NCBI GenBank assembly: GCA_041739995.1
Contig: JBGSMV010000047.1
Location: 160,001-224,000 of the forward strand
Direction of reading: 5' to 3'
DNA length: 64,000 bases
From: Bdellovibrionota bacterium
Lineage (GTDB): Bacteria; Bdellovibrionota_C; UBA2361; JBGSMV01
A model generated the notes under the pieces. It saw only the letters and a program-made list of their open reading frames with translations. It searched no databases and was not told the origin of the DNA. Below are positions 31,536-42,234 of the stretch, in pieces; position 1 is the first letter of the stretch; the number at the start of each line of letters is the position of its first letter. The position numbers and the translations under genes are program-made.

Positions 31536-33071
31536 ATGCGCGAGGATCAAGAAGTGGGAACGAATCAAGAAGTTGTAGAGGAGACCGCTCCAATTGTTCA
31601 TGGGCGTTCCGAGCAAGAGCTCGTGCGCATGAAGAAGCTCGTCGAACTTAGGGAGAAGGGCTTTGGGTTCCCAAACGACGCGAAAGTTACCGCAACCTCG
31701 CGAGTGATCAGGGAGTCCTCCGCAGTTGCTCCAGAAGAAGCGCCTCGCTACACCATCGCCGGACGCATAGTGCAAATGCGCGTCATGGGTAAGGCCACTT
31801 TTGTGCACCTACTAGACGTTGACGGCAAGGTGCAAGCCTACGTTAAGAAAGACGACGTCGGAGAGGATTCATACGCAACTTTTAAGACATTCGATCTTGG
31901 CGACATTATTGAGGTGCGCGGCTACCCCTTTGTTACCAAGACCGGAGAGCCAAGTTTGCACGCTGAGAGCGTTCGATTGCTGACGAAGTCGCTCATTCCT
32001 TTGCCAGAAAAGTGGCATGGACTTTCTGATGTAGAGACACGCTACCGTCATCGCTACGTTGACCTTATCTCTAACTTAGAAGTGAGAGACCTGTTTAGGA
32101 AAAGAACACGAATTATTAAGTTCATCCGCGACTTTCTAGATAGCCGCCAGTTTCTTGAAGTCGAGACTCCAGTGCTGGAGTACACTCAAGGTGGCACCAC
32201 GGCAAAACCGTTTCGCACATTCTTTAATGCGCTTAGTACCGACATGGTACTTCGCATCGCGCTGGAACTTCCGCTGAAGAAACTCATCGTCGGCGGCCTT
32301 GAGCGCGTGTATGCGCTCGGGACCGTTTTCCGTAATGAAGGGCTCTCTAAGAAGCATAATCCAGAATTCACCTTGCTTGAGTTCTATCAGGCTTACGCCA
32401 CTTACGAAGACCTGATGAATTTCACCGAAGAGCTCTTAGTGCAGCTTGCACAGGACACTTTAGGGACCCTGCAAATTCCTTACGGTGAGCACCAGGTAGA
32501 CTTTACGCCGCCGTATCGTCGCATCTCCATGACTGAGTCCTTGCATGAGATTGGCGGCATTCCGCAGGACGTTGACGTTACTTCGCTTGAAGTATTGCTC
32601 GGCATTTGTGCGCGGCACCACATCGAGCCGAGGGACAAGACAGATTGGGGACACACACTCGAAGACGTTTGGGGTGAGCTGGTTGAACCAAAACTCATTA
32701 ATCCTACATTCGTGATGCATCATCCGTTCTCTACTTCGCCGCTCGCACGCAAGAACGACAAGAACCCCAAAGTGGTCGATCGCTTTGAGCTAATTATTGC
32801 GGGCATGGAAATGGCGAATGCGTTTTCAGAGTTGAACGATCCAGTTGACCAGCGCGAACGTATGGAGGCTCAAGCAGCTCGAAAGGAGAAGGGCGACGAA
32901 GAAGCCTGCGACGTAGACGAAGATTTCTTAAAGGCGATTGAGTACGGCATGCCGCCGACCGCAGGGCAGGGGATTGGTATTGACCGATTGGTCATGTTGC
33001 TCACGAATTCAAAGACGCTTCGAGAAGTGATTCTGTTTCCGCACCTTAAGGTAGAGGTTGCGGGGGAGTAG
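31536..33071 (+). CDS. lysS: Lysyl-tRNA synthetase (class II)
   Basis: OB-fold N-terminus, LPEKWHGL, FRNEG..HNPEFT, EYGMPPTAGQGIGIDRLVM. Confidence 0.97.
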   Translation: MREDQEVGTNQEVVEETAPIVHGRSEQELVRMKKLVELREKGFGFPNDAKVTATSRVIRESSAVAPEEAPRYTIAGRIVQMRVMGKATFVHLLDVDGKVQAYVKKDDVGEDSYATFKTFDLGDIIEVRGYPFVTKTGEPSLHAESVRLLTKSLIPLPEKWHGLSDVETRYRHRYVDLISNLEVRDLFRKRTRIIKFIRDFLDSRQFLEVETPVLEYTQGGTTAKPFRTFFNALSTDMVLRIALELPLKKLIVGGLERVYALGTVFRNEGLSKKHNPEFTLLEFYQAYATYEDLMNFTEELLVQLAQDTLGTLQIPYGEHQVDFTPPYRRISMTESLHEIGGIPQDVDVTSLEVLLGICARHHIEPRDKTDWGHTLEDVWGELVEPKLINPTFVMHHPFSTSPLARKNDKNPKVVDRFELIIAGMEMANAFSELNDPVDQRERMEAQAARKEKGDEEACDVDEDFLKAIEYGMPPTAGQGIGIDRLVMLLTNSKTLREVILFPHLKVEVAGE

Positions 33072-33183
33072 TCCCCCGATCGTCAACCGACATCACTTTG
33101 ATACCGGCCAGAATTACCCTGATTCATGCGGTATATGATGAAGGTGTAAGGTATGTAGTGTTCAGTACTGCCGGTTCTGATCT

Positions 33184-33858
33184 CTATTTACAGTGACTAG
33201 TGATTGCGTCGAATAGCGCTTGGGCCTCTGAACCCTCAAGACGCATTACCTTACTGTAGTCTCCACGACTAACCGCGAGTTCTACTGTTGGCTCTTCGCC
33301 GGCTAGTTTCTGAGCAAAGACAGATACGCCATCAAGACGCCCGACGAAACCAGCTTCGCAATTGATCATGTTGTTGCCGCCCGCGCGCGCGCAGAACGAT
33401 CGACGTACTCCCCCAAAGTTAAACTCTCCGCCCATATATTCAGAGCGCGGGCCTTTCTCCCATTGCTCGGGAACACTTCCAGAGACCAGCGCGTGAATTT
33501 CTTTGTTCCTCGCGGTGAGAGTCGCGCCCGTATCAGAAACGATTGCTGAGGCTATTTTATCAAATAGCGGATGTTTGGAGTTCCAGTGATGCTGTCCCAT
33601 CGCTGAACTAAGCTCGTCAGGCCGCTGGCCATCTCTATAGGAATAATCGGTTGCGACGAGCCGGGCTTCTTTTCCATCCACTCGAGCAGCAAGTGTGGTA
33701 GCTCGGTAGTCTACATCACCACTTGATGGACTGGATCTTAGGACTGTCCAATCACGTGCGGGGATGGCGAGAATCTGTGCGTCCGAAAGGGTGCTCGCTG
33801 CTGGATCTCGTGGAGTCGCCGTTGCTGCTGCAGTTGAGGTTGGCATAGAGGTATCCAC
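33184..33858 (-). CDS. Hypothetical protein
   Basis: 224-codon ORF filling the gap; no family recognised. Confidence 0.55.
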   Translation of the reverse strand: MDTSMPTSTAAATATPRDPAASTLSDAQILAIPARDWTVLRSSPSSGDVDYRATTLAARVDGKEARLVATDYSYRDGQRPDELSSAMGQHHWNSKHPLFDKIASAIVSDTGATLTARNKEIHALVSGSVPEQWEKGPRSEYMGGEFNFGGVRRSFCARAGGNNMINCEAGFVGRLDGVSVFAQKLAGEEPTVELAVSRGDYSKVMRLEGSEAQALFDAITSHCK

Positions 33859-34109
33859 GATGGGAACGGGTTTGGCCCGATTGGCATAGTCTTGAATGGT
33901 TATCGCGAGCCGGACTTAGAAAGTAACTTAGGAACCAGCTCGGACAGTGAGGCGACTTACGCGACTTAATCAGCTGTTAATTCAATAGGTTGAGAGCCCG
34001 ACAGGCGCACTCGCGCTCGATCCAAACGAACGAGACACGCGCTGACAGGCGGCCTGAACATCCCAAAGAGCATTCTTAGGGATCGACATGGTGGTAACTT
34101 CGTTCGGCG

Positions 34110-36149
34110 ATGAATCCTCACATAGACGCCACACAATCAAACCGCTCGACCGAGACACTACCGGGCCTTCCTGCCGCTGTGAAAAATGAAGCAGGCAGAA
34201 ATCCCCTCGTAAAACTCTCTTTGTCACAGGCGGCTGAGATGCTGTTGAACGATTCAAGTCGCAAGGCCATTCAAGCCTCGCCTGAAGCGCTAAGTCAGTT
34301 TGTATCTGCGATCACTGATCCGGTATGCACGGTAGTCGAGGTGACTTCAAAAATCCGTGCATTTAGCAAGGCAGGTAAGGCGCGCGTCCTGTGTGAGGCT
34401 CGGCTACCCACACTGGTTCAGGCTTATTCTCCTCGAAACGGGGACCCGATCGCCCATTTTGTGCTTGCACTCACGGATGAGAGCGTCTCCGAGTTGCGCA
34501 TGTCGGAACAAGATATAATGAAGAGGATCTCCTCTTTGGTGCGTTCGGGATCCAAGGAAATTGACGAACTGGAAAAGCTTGAGTGCCCGGCGTTCGAAAC
34601 GCTCGAAGAGTCATCGATCGAGGAGGCGGAATTACTTAAAGATTTAGATCTCACAGTTGGTGCAGCTTTAGAAGGATCTTCTGGCGCGAGTATCAGCGAA
34701 GTACCGATCTCTGAGCGAAGCTTGGAGGTCCGCGAATTAGAAAGGCAACTCCGGCTTGAGGAATACAATGCGGAGACCCTAAGAGTGCTCTTTGGCGACA
34801 TGGAGCCCCAAGATCAATTAATGACGGAGCTCTATTTTCTACATGGATTTAACAGTGAAGACATTGCTGTGGTGATTGATAAATCAACGACAGAAACGGA
34901 AAAGATGCTAAAAAATGCACGAGAGTGGTTTATTCCGCGGCACCAGGATGAGCAGCTCTCGAGTCCAGGCAATCAAGTGCGGCGCACCATTGATCGGGAG
35001 GACTTGAACATCACTGAATCGCAGGGAGTAGCGCTTCTGCGTAGCCTTCTGAACGAATACCCAAATCTTCGATACACCGTGGAGCTGTTGGATTTGGTGG
35101 TAGACTCGTTTCAGTTCTTCGGCGATCTTCGGAATACAAAGGATCCGCAGCTCAGCGACTTTCTGAAAGGCATACTCACTGACACAGGCTTGCCTATTCG
35201 CAGCGGGTCATCTGCACTATGCGGAGTGATTGAGAGAGAGTTGCATCGACGCTACCCAACTGCAGAGAGCGTTTGTTACGATCCAGAATTTTCCTGGATT
35301 CTGGGAGCTAACCGCCACAAAACGGAGAGTGGACAACCGGCTGATAGTGATGGGCATTTTCTAAAATGTTGCATCGAGCAAAAATTTTACTCACCCAAGG
35401 CATCACACGACGCCCCGCTAACCGTTCCTCGAAATGGAGCGGAGGGAACGCGATTCGTCCGCAATCCACTCACACGCTCTGACGTAGTGCCAGAGATCTG
35501 GGCCATGCGTAACGCCCGCTTCATGTTGCAAAGAGACACTCCTCATCTCGATGCGATTAAGGGACATGTCGCAGTATTTCGACTTGCAAAGCCTATGCTT
35601 GGACTTCCGCACGACGCGACGGTTCGGGAAGTACAAGCGGCCTTTGTTGCGCATGATATTTGTAGTGGCCTTCTCCCCGATGACTATGAGCCGAAGTCAT
35701 CGGCGAGCGCTTACTTCGTGGAGCAGGTAGTAAAGGAGAAGCTTCAAGAAAACCGAGAGCGTATGATTAATCGACGATGGGCGAACATTGACGACCCAGA
35801 CGGCGGCGACGCATTCATGGCCCGTGTGCTTGGAGTGCCAGCGACGGTCGATTCTCTTGCATCTGAGGCTGCAAAGGTCTTTGGGTTAGAGATTCCGACC
35901 GGACACTCATTCAAGTATCACCTACGAACCGACTCGCGCTATTTTGATGCGGCTTTGACAGGGGAGGAATTAGCGGAAGCTAATCTTCAGAAAGCATTGC
36001 AGGATACTTTCACTGACCTTTCAAAATTTACTTTTAAGGCAGTGAAGCGGGATGTTGGATTGCTTCGCATGGCGCGTCTTCTTGGAGCCAAAAGCGTGTC
36101 GTTCGGAGAGATGCGACAGAAGGTGATAGAGGAGGGCTACCTTGACTAG
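34110..36149 (+). CDS. Hypothetical protein with an internal sigma70 region-4-like HTH
   Basis: 679 codons; LFGDMEPQDQLMTELYFLHGFNSEDIAVVIDKSTTETEKMLKNAREWF. Confidence 0.6.
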   Translation: MNPHIDATQSNRSTETLPGLPAAVKNEAGRNPLVKLSLSQAAEMLLNDSSRKAIQASPEALSQFVSAITDPVCTVVEVTSKIRAFSKAGKARVLCEARLPTLVQAYSPRNGDPIAHFVLALTDESVSELRMSEQDIMKRISSLVRSGSKEIDELEKLECPAFETLEESSIEEAELLKDLDLTVGAALEGSSGASISEVPISERSLEVRELERQLRLEEYNAETLRVLFGDMEPQDQLMTELYFLHGFNSEDIAVVIDKSTTETEKMLKNAREWFIPRHQDEQLSSPGNQVRRTIDREDLNITESQGVALLRSLLNEYPNLRYTVELLDLVVDSFQFFGDLRNTKDPQLSDFLKGILTDTGLPIRSGSSALCGVIERELHRRYPTAESVCYDPEFSWILGANRHKTESGQPADSDGHFLKCCIEQKFYSPKASHDAPLTVPRNGAEGTRFVRNPLTRSDVVPEIWAMRNARFMLQRDTPHLDAIKGHVAVFRLAKPMLGLPHDATVREVQAAFVAHDICSGLLPDDYEPKSSASAYFVEQVVKEKLQENRERMINRRWANIDDPDGGDAFMARVLGVPATVDSLASEAAKVFGLEIPTGHSFKYHLRTDSRYFDAALTGEELAEANLQKALQDTFTDLSKFTFKAVKRDVGLLRMARLLGAKSVSFGEMRQKVIEEGYLD

Positions 36150-36258
36150 AGCGAGGGTGAACCAGGAGTTTAAAAATTTGATTAGTGAGGACCTTGCCTT
36201 TTTTGAGCTGGATAGGCTTCACTCAGCAGAAATCTAGCTTTCTTTGTTCCTGGTCTTA

Positions 36259-38292
36259 ATGAATACCGGTTTCTCAAATAATGCCCGCTTAGGATTTACA
36301 CTTGAAGCCACAGACGCATGGTCTAAGGCGCGCGCCGCCACGTTTTCAACCTCACATGGTAGAGTTGCGACTCCAATCTTCATGCCCGTGGCAACACGCG
36401 CTGCTCTACGAGGCATTGATACGGCGCTGGTAGAAGACATGGGATACCAAGTCCTTCTGTCGAACACCTTTCATTTGCTGCTCCGTCCCGGGCCAGACCT
36501 CTTTAGGCAAGTAGGTGGAATTCATAGTTTCATGCGTTGGCCACGAGCTATTCTGACTGACTCAGGAGGATTTCAAATCTTTTCGCTCTCCAAGCAGCTC
36601 ACCTTAAGTGAAGAAGGAGCGCGCTTTCGTAGTTATGTTGATGGCGTGCAGATTTTACTTACTCCCGAAGTGAGTATTGCGACTCAACAGGCCATTGGAA
36701 GCGACATCATGATGGTGCTCGACCATTGCATCGACGCAACTTCGGACGAAGCGACTTCAAGAAAGGCCCTTGAGTTGACGACGCGCTGGGCTAAGCGAAG
36801 TCTCGCTGCGCGTGGCTCAAGTGCTCAAGCGCTATTTGGCATTGTGCAAGGCGCTTGTTTTCCTCACCTTCGGCGTGAAAGTGCTCAGCAGATTTGCGAT
36901 ATTCCATTTGACGGCTATGCCATTGGAGGACTCGCAGTCGGGGAGACGAGAGCCGAGCGGGAAGACATGGTGGAGCATACCGCGCCGTTGTTGCCGACTG
37001 ATAAACCGCGCTACTTGATGGGAGTCGGTACCCCCATTGATTTGCTGGAGGCAGTGAAGCGCGGAGTCGACATGTTTGACTGCATCATACCGACTGCCTT
37101 TGCTCAGCAAGGAGTGTGTTTCACTTCAATGGGGAAAGTGGACTTAAGGCGCGGCATTTTCAAGAGCAGTGAGCGAAAATTAGATGAGGCTTGTCAGTGC
37201 TCAACCTGTGAACGCTTTAGCAGAGCATACCTCCATCACTTAATACGCTCAGGGGAGTTCTTGGTACACCAACTCTGCGCGGTTCATAACTTAAGCTTCT
37301 ACAAGAGCTTCATGGCCAATATGCGCCAGAGCATTCTCGCCGGGGCGTTTCGGGAATTCTATTTCGCGCACAAAGACCGAATTGTTGTAGGAGAAGAGGA
37401 ATTTCCGGCGGCGCGTCCAAAGATTCGTAAACGGGCAGCTTCGAACCTACTCGGCGACTACGAGATCGTATCGCATCCATCTGGCTATGGAAGTATTAAG
37501 CAGATCTCATCTGGGGAAGTGATGCATTCGGTGGTGAACCCTGGAGAGGAAGCTCGAGCTCTCTATATTGCGCAGTCGCAATTGCTTGAAAGCGCGCAAG
37601 CTCCCGGGGAAGAACTCGTCATCTGGGATGTGGGCCTTGGCGCTGCCACTAATGCGATGACACTAATTCTTGAACTTGAGCGAGTCGCTGAGGTTAAACG
37701 AAAAATAGTACTAGTCAGCTTCGAGCGAGATACCGATCCTTTGAGCTTGGCGCTCAAGCAGCCGGCACTGTTTGAACATGTTCGACACGCCGCCCCGCAC
37801 GCAATACTAAATCATGGCGCATGGCAGCACCCAACCAAACCGATATTTTGGACTCTTTTGAAGGGAGATTTTCGAGGGACAATGTCGCAAGCCCTTGCCC
37901 CCGAGGTGGTGTGGTACGATCCCTTTTCTTATAAGGTCGATTCTGAGTTGTGGGCCATTGAAGTGTTCAAGCAAGTGCTGCGGGCATCCGACAGGAAGAC
38001 CACCCGCATGTTCACTTACTCGGCTTCAACTGCGGCACGCGCGACGATGCTTGCAGCCGGATGGTATGTAGGTGCAGGAATCGCTACAGGTCCAAAACAA
38101 GAGACCACCATCGCTTATAATGAGAACGCTCGCGAGCAGTGGCAGCCTGCGAGTTTACTCGGGGCGAAGTGGTTAGAGCGCTGGGAGAGAAGCGACGCCA
38201 AGCAGCCCTTCGGGAATGCTGACGTATCCCTGCTTGAAGCGATTCGAACGCATCCTCAGTTTGCTGGCGCCGAGGGCGACTTTGGTTTTTGA
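36259..38292 (+). CDS. tgt: tRNA-guanine(34) transglycosylase fused to an MnmC/MnmD-type methyltransferase domain
   Basis: TPIFMPVAT, TDSGGFQIFSL, GGLAVGE, DMFDC, CQCSTC/HNL zinc site; C-terminal GEVMHS..EEARALY, WDVGLGAATN, YDPFS..LW, TYSAS. Confidence 0.9.
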   Translation: MNTGFSNNARLGFTLEATDAWSKARAATFSTSHGRVATPIFMPVATRAALRGIDTALVEDMGYQVLLSNTFHLLLRPGPDLFRQVGGIHSFMRWPRAILTDSGGFQIFSLSKQLTLSEEGARFRSYVDGVQILLTPEVSIATQQAIGSDIMMVLDHCIDATSDEATSRKALELTTRWAKRSLAARGSSAQALFGIVQGACFPHLRRESAQQICDIPFDGYAIGGLAVGETRAEREDMVEHTAPLLPTDKPRYLMGVGTPIDLLEAVKRGVDMFDCIIPTAFAQQGVCFTSMGKVDLRRGIFKSSERKLDEACQCSTCERFSRAYLHHLIRSGEFLVHQLCAVHNLSFYKSFMANMRQSILAGAFREFYFAHKDRIVVGEEEFPAARPKIRKRAASNLLGDYEIVSHPSGYGSIKQISSGEVMHSVVNPGEEARALYIAQSQLLESAQAPGEELVIWDVGLGAATNAMTLILELERVAEVKRKIVLVSFERDTDPLSLALKQPALFEHVRHAAPHAILNHGAWQHPTKPIFWTLLKGDFRGTMSQALAPEVVWYDPFSYKVDSELWAIEVFKQVLRASDRKTTRMFTYSASTAARATMLAAGWYVGAGIATGPKQETTIAYNENAREQWQPASLLGAKWLERWERSDAKQPFGNADVSLLEAIRTHPQFAGAEGDFGF

Positions 38293-38389
38293 TTTACTCA
38301 CTGATTAACTCGAGAGTAGTCTTAAATGAACTGAAGAAGAATTCTGATTTCTGTTTGTAGCTGAAATCTGCGCTTGTGGAGGCTCCTCG

Positions 38390-39478
38390 ATGGTGATGCG
38401 TAAAATTGTTGCTGGAATAATTGCGTTCTTCTTGGTGCCAGTTGGCGCATTTGCCGAAGACGTTTCTGGAGTTTCGGTCGGAGTGGCCACTGTCCTGACG
38501 GGGGACGCTGCAATCATTGGGGACAATATTCAAAAGACTATCGAAACCTATGAGAAACGCTATCTCCGCCACCCGATTAAATTCAAATACGAGGATGCAA
38601 AGAAAAGCAGCGTTGATGGGTTAGCAGCGTATCGCCGATTGATAGAGGGCGATCGTGTCAGTCTTTTAATTGGCGGAACCACTTCAAATGGAACTCTAGC
38701 TGCAGCCCCGCTAATCAATAAGAGCAAGACGGTCCTCATTACACCGCTCACCGGTGGGTCGAATATCGATTCTGCGGGACCCTACATTTTCCGCATCGGG
38801 AACAGTGACATTCTAAACGGGTATCAGCAGGCCGACCTGTTATTAGCGCGTGGTTTTAAGCGTGTTGCCTTGGTGACCGAACAGACGGAGTACACCACTG
38901 ATATTTCCAAGTTCTTTAAAGAGCGTTTCCTTGCCGGAGGAGGTCAGCTGGTGGTGGAAGAGGAGTTCCTTCCCGACACGACAGACTTTCGTTCGTTGAT
39001 TGTGCGAATCAAGCATGCAGAGCCACAGGCGTTGTTTATGTCAACTCAGACGGGGGTGGCATTTGGAATTTTTGTCAAACAATTGCAGCAGCTCAGAGGG
39101 GAGAAAGCCCTCGAAGTTCATACCAATTTCCTTTCTGCGGACAATCCTGACGCCCAGTCGGTGGCTGAAGGCGCGCTCAAAGGCGTTCATTATATGGCTC
39201 CAGCCTATGATCAGAGTAGTGATCGGTTGAAGAAGTTTCTAGAAGAATTCAAATCCGATCATGGAGCCTTACCTGCCATCACGTTCCATACCGCGGGAAC
39301 CGTTGATGCGCTCGATATGCTTCAGCTGTATCTCGATACAGGCTCACCTTTCGATAGCGATGGGTTTCGCCAGTACTTACTCACCAACATACGAGGCTAT
39401 GCAGGCCTAATGGGTACATATTCCTTTGATAGCGAAGGAAACGCTGACATTGGGTTCTTGCCAGCAGTTATACCTTGA
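38390..39478 (+). CDS. LivJ/LivK-like ABC substrate-binding protein (orphan)
   Basis: Signal peptide, VGVATVLTGDAAIIG, GPYIFRIG, TDFRSLIVRIK, GLMGTYSFDSEGN. Confidence 0.82.
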   Translation: MVMRKIVAGIIAFFLVPVGAFAEDVSGVSVGVATVLTGDAAIIGDNIQKTIETYEKRYLRHPIKFKYEDAKKSSVDGLAAYRRLIEGDRVSLLIGGTTSNGTLAAAPLINKSKTVLITPLTGGSNIDSAGPYIFRIGNSDILNGYQQADLLLARGFKRVALVTEQTEYTTDISKFFKERFLAGGGQLVVEEEFLPDTTDFRSLIVRIKHAEPQALFMSTQTGVAFGIFVKQLQQLRGEKALEVHTNFLSADNPDAQSVAEGALKGVHYMAPAYDQSSDRLKKFLEEFKSDHGALPAITFHTAGTVDALDMLQLYLDTGSPFDSDGFRQYLLTNIRGYAGLMGTYSFDSEGNADIGFLPAVIP

Positions 39479-39505
39479 CCAAATCCAGGGGAGCGAGACT
39501 AGGAA

Positions 39506-39961
39506 ATGAGTGAGCTTGATGTGCGCTTTCAATGTGCCCGCATATCAGAACTAAGCGCATCTGATATGCACTCGATTCTGTCCGCTCGATCAGAGGTATT
39601 TGTTGTTGAACAGAACTGTGTCTATCAGGACCCAGACCAATATGACCGAATTTCGTGGCACCTATTAGCCTGGGTAGGAGATGAGTTGGGAGCCTATTTA
39701 CGTATCGTAGATCCCGGGTGCAAGTATGCTGAGCCATCCATTGGCAGAGTTATAACGAGAGCCGCCCTTCGTGGAACTGGTCTTGGGCGAACTCTCATGG
39801 CCGAAGGCTTACGCCAGGCTGATCGGCTATTCGCAGGAAAAGGCCTTCGAATAAGTGCCCAGGAATACTTAGTGCGATTCTATGAAAGTTTTGGATTTGT
39901 GCCCGAATCTGAGGTGTATTTAGAGGATGATATCCCGCACGTGGAGATGTTTCGGGCGTGA
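39506..39961 (+). CDS. elaA: ElaA-type GNAT acetyltransferase
   Basis: RSEVFVVEQNCVYQD, SIGRV, RGTGLG, FYESFGF, YLEDDIPH. Confidence 0.88.
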   Translation: MSELDVRFQCARISELSASDMHSILSARSEVFVVEQNCVYQDPDQYDRISWHLLAWVGDELGAYLRIVDPGCKYAEPSIGRVITRAALRGTGLGRTLMAEGLRQADRLFAGKGLRISAQEYLVRFYESFGFVPESEVYLEDDIPHVEMFRA

Positions 39962-40014
39962 GAGGCAGCGACATCCGGGGGCTAGTAAGTTTTGACATCG
40001 AGAGAGCGCTTAAT

Positions 40015-40284
40015 ATGGATGAAGATCTTCTTACCATGTCTAAGGAAGAGTTAGTTGCCGAGCTGCAGAAGCTTAGGGCCGCCATTCGCGAGCATCGCGA
40101 TAGCACTGGACACAATCTGTGTTGGTATCATCCTGAGCTCTATGCGCTCCTTCCAGAGCCCCCAGCCCAGAAGCCAACCGTTCCTGAGTGGCCCGAGTTC
40201 ATGAAAGGGTGTGTCCTCTACCGGCAATCGCTCGATGAGGAAGCGCCACATCTTTGTAGGACTCGAGAGCAACCTCCCGAGTAG
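40015..40284 (+). CDS. Small conserved-looking hypothetical protein
   Basis: MDEDLLTMSKEEL..LRAAIREHRDSTGHNLCWYHPEL..VPEWPEFMKGCVLYRQSLD; tight operonic spacing. Confidence 0.7.
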   Translation: MDEDLLTMSKEELVAELQKLRAAIREHRDSTGHNLCWYHPELYALLPEPPAQKPTVPEWPEFMKGCVLYRQSLDEEAPHLCRTREQPPE

Positions 40285-40292
40285 GGTGATGT

Positions 40293-40712
40293 GTGTATAA
40301 AAAATACCGTGAAATCACGTTAGCGCAGACGTTTCTCGAGTTAGACAGAAATGGCGTGCCTGCACCAAGGCGTCTTAAGGTTTGCGTCGCACTGCTTCTT
40401 TTTCAGATGGCTCGTGCAGATGGCGCGATGAGTCGTGCCGAGTTTCAAGAAATCATTAGAGGACTGAACAGCGAGTTTCATGAAGTGGGTCAGGCCTCTG
40501 TGAAGTATCTAGATGCCGCGGCGTTGTTGGCAACGGAGGAGGCCCACTTTGATCAGTTTATTGGCGACCTAAATCGCGCCTTTGATAGCGAGCAACGTGA
40601 GCACCTATTCGACATGCTCATTAAAGTGGCACAAGCGGATGGCACAATTCGTGAGAGCGAAAAGTTCCTGGCGTTGCGTTTGCGCGAGAAGCTCAATTTG
40701 CCGTTGCGCTGA
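40293..40712 (+). CDS. TerB family protein
   Basis: Two ADG motifs: MARADG..AE and VAQADG..SE. Confidence 0.82.
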   Translation: MYKKYREITLAQTFLELDRNGVPAPRRLKVCVALLLFQMARADGAMSRAEFQEIIRGLNSEFHEVGQASVKYLDAAALLATEEAHFDQFIGDLNRAFDSEQREHLFDMLIKVAQADGTIRESEKFLALRLREKLNLPLR

Positions 40713-41082
40713 GCTGATTGTCTTTTCAGTTTCCATTTCACCACTGATGGCTCAGAGGATCAAAGCGGGAGGAAATTTCTTCTACCTTCTGAGTCCACCG
40801 TGACCCCTGTGTTTAAAATATCTTCAGGTACCACCACGGCAGCTAAGAAATTACGCTAGGATCTTCTGAGAGTTGTGCTCCATTTCAACTTCACCCCCAC
40901 AGCAGCAATCGCAGTAAATTTGGCTCGTTTTGCCGTTCCATAAGCCTCGTACCTTTGGTGCTCTTGTTTCAATTATTAGACTAATGTTAGCTTTCGCTCT
41001 CTCATAAGTGCCTGATTGGGCATCAATATTTGGTAGATTGTGATTCTGCGCACCTTGCCGAGAGTGAGAAACTGTCGGCGAG

Positions 41083-41913
41083 GTGCGGATGATGGAACAA
41101 GGTTTTAAGAAGCCATGTGGCTTCTCCTTTTTGTTCAGTTCGTCGCCCGCTTCAAAATCCAGATCGGAGTGCAACATGGACGCAGCAAAGAGTGTTGGGG
41201 TTCTTCCAAAGGGGACGCGAAGGACTGACAAGGCGAGTGTCGCCGTTCAGGTCTCGGTGAGACCAGGGTTCGCCCACCCGATGATCGGGGCAGGTGGATT
41301 TGAGGATCATTGTGTGCTTCTCAGTCCGAACAGAAGCCTGTCATCTCGGAGCAAGGTCAACGGTGAGATCCGTCCCCACGGTGTTTCGCGAATAATGAGG
41401 GCTAAGCCGAAGCCGGAACTGTTCGTGCGACGAGCTCCCAGCGGAGTGGAGCTCAGCCTTCTCAATGCAATCGTGATGGTGAGCAGAGGGGACGTGAGAA
41501 TCTCCTCAAGCAGCAGCGATACAGCGAAGGACATCTCTGCCGAGGTGGTGCGAGAGTGGTATCGCGTGGCCTTTCAGATTGCCACTACCGGAGAGAAAGA
41601 TTCTGCTCTGCGGCGAATGGAGCAGTTGGCGGGACCGCACGGATGTGGATGGAGGCTCTTTAGGCCCGAGAAGCCGAGAAGTCTCTTTCGGGGAGCTCGG
41701 ACAGAGCTTCAGTGGTTTTCGCTCGACCCCAGAGTTAGCATCCGACTGCTGCGAGCCGTGATCGCTCTCGCAGGGCATGTGCCGACGCCGCTTACGATTC
41801 GAACCAGGTTAGGCAAAGACCGACGCCTGGCCCTCCCTCGGATTACGGGAGCGCAGGCCGACCAAGTCGAAGAACTGATCGGTGCTCGTCTGTGTGGTGT
41901 CGAAGGATTCTGA
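41083..41913 (+). CDS. Hypothetical protein (start uncertain, maybe ATG 41176)
   Basis: Longest ORF in the gap; no family recognised. Confidence 0.4.
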   Translation: MRMMEQGFKKPCGFSFLFSSSPASKSRSECNMDAAKSVGVLPKGTRRTDKASVAVQVSVRPGFAHPMIGAGGFEDHCVLLSPNRSLSSRSKVNGEIRPHGVSRIMRAKPKPELFVRRAPSGVELSLLNAIVMVSRGDVRISSSSSDTAKDISAEVVREWYRVAFQIATTGEKDSALRRMEQLAGPHGCGWRLFRPEKPRSLFRGARTELQWFSLDPRVSIRLLRAVIALAGHVPTPLTIRTRLGKDRRLALPRITGAQADQVEELIGARLCGVEGF

Positions 41914-42234
41914 TCGAAGTGCATGCCAGCGAACGCGCAACGGGGGTTTCGTCTCAAAAGGTGCATATGAATTCCATCATGCCGCCCCCGCGTGTATCGC
42001 ACTGCGCAGCATTCATCGGCTGAGGTCGTCGCTTTGCTTCACCGGCACTTCTCTCACGACGTGCTCAAGGAAGGAGAATCTCGATGCTCCATATTCAACG
42101 ACGAGACGATCCCCTTAAAGCGCTCTCTCGGTTTGAGGAGCTGGCGCCACGTCTTACTCTACAAAGGCCTTTGACCTCAGTGTTTTTGCAGAAACAATTC
42201 TAGAATTCGGTGCACGTCGGCGCGACAGCCTTGA

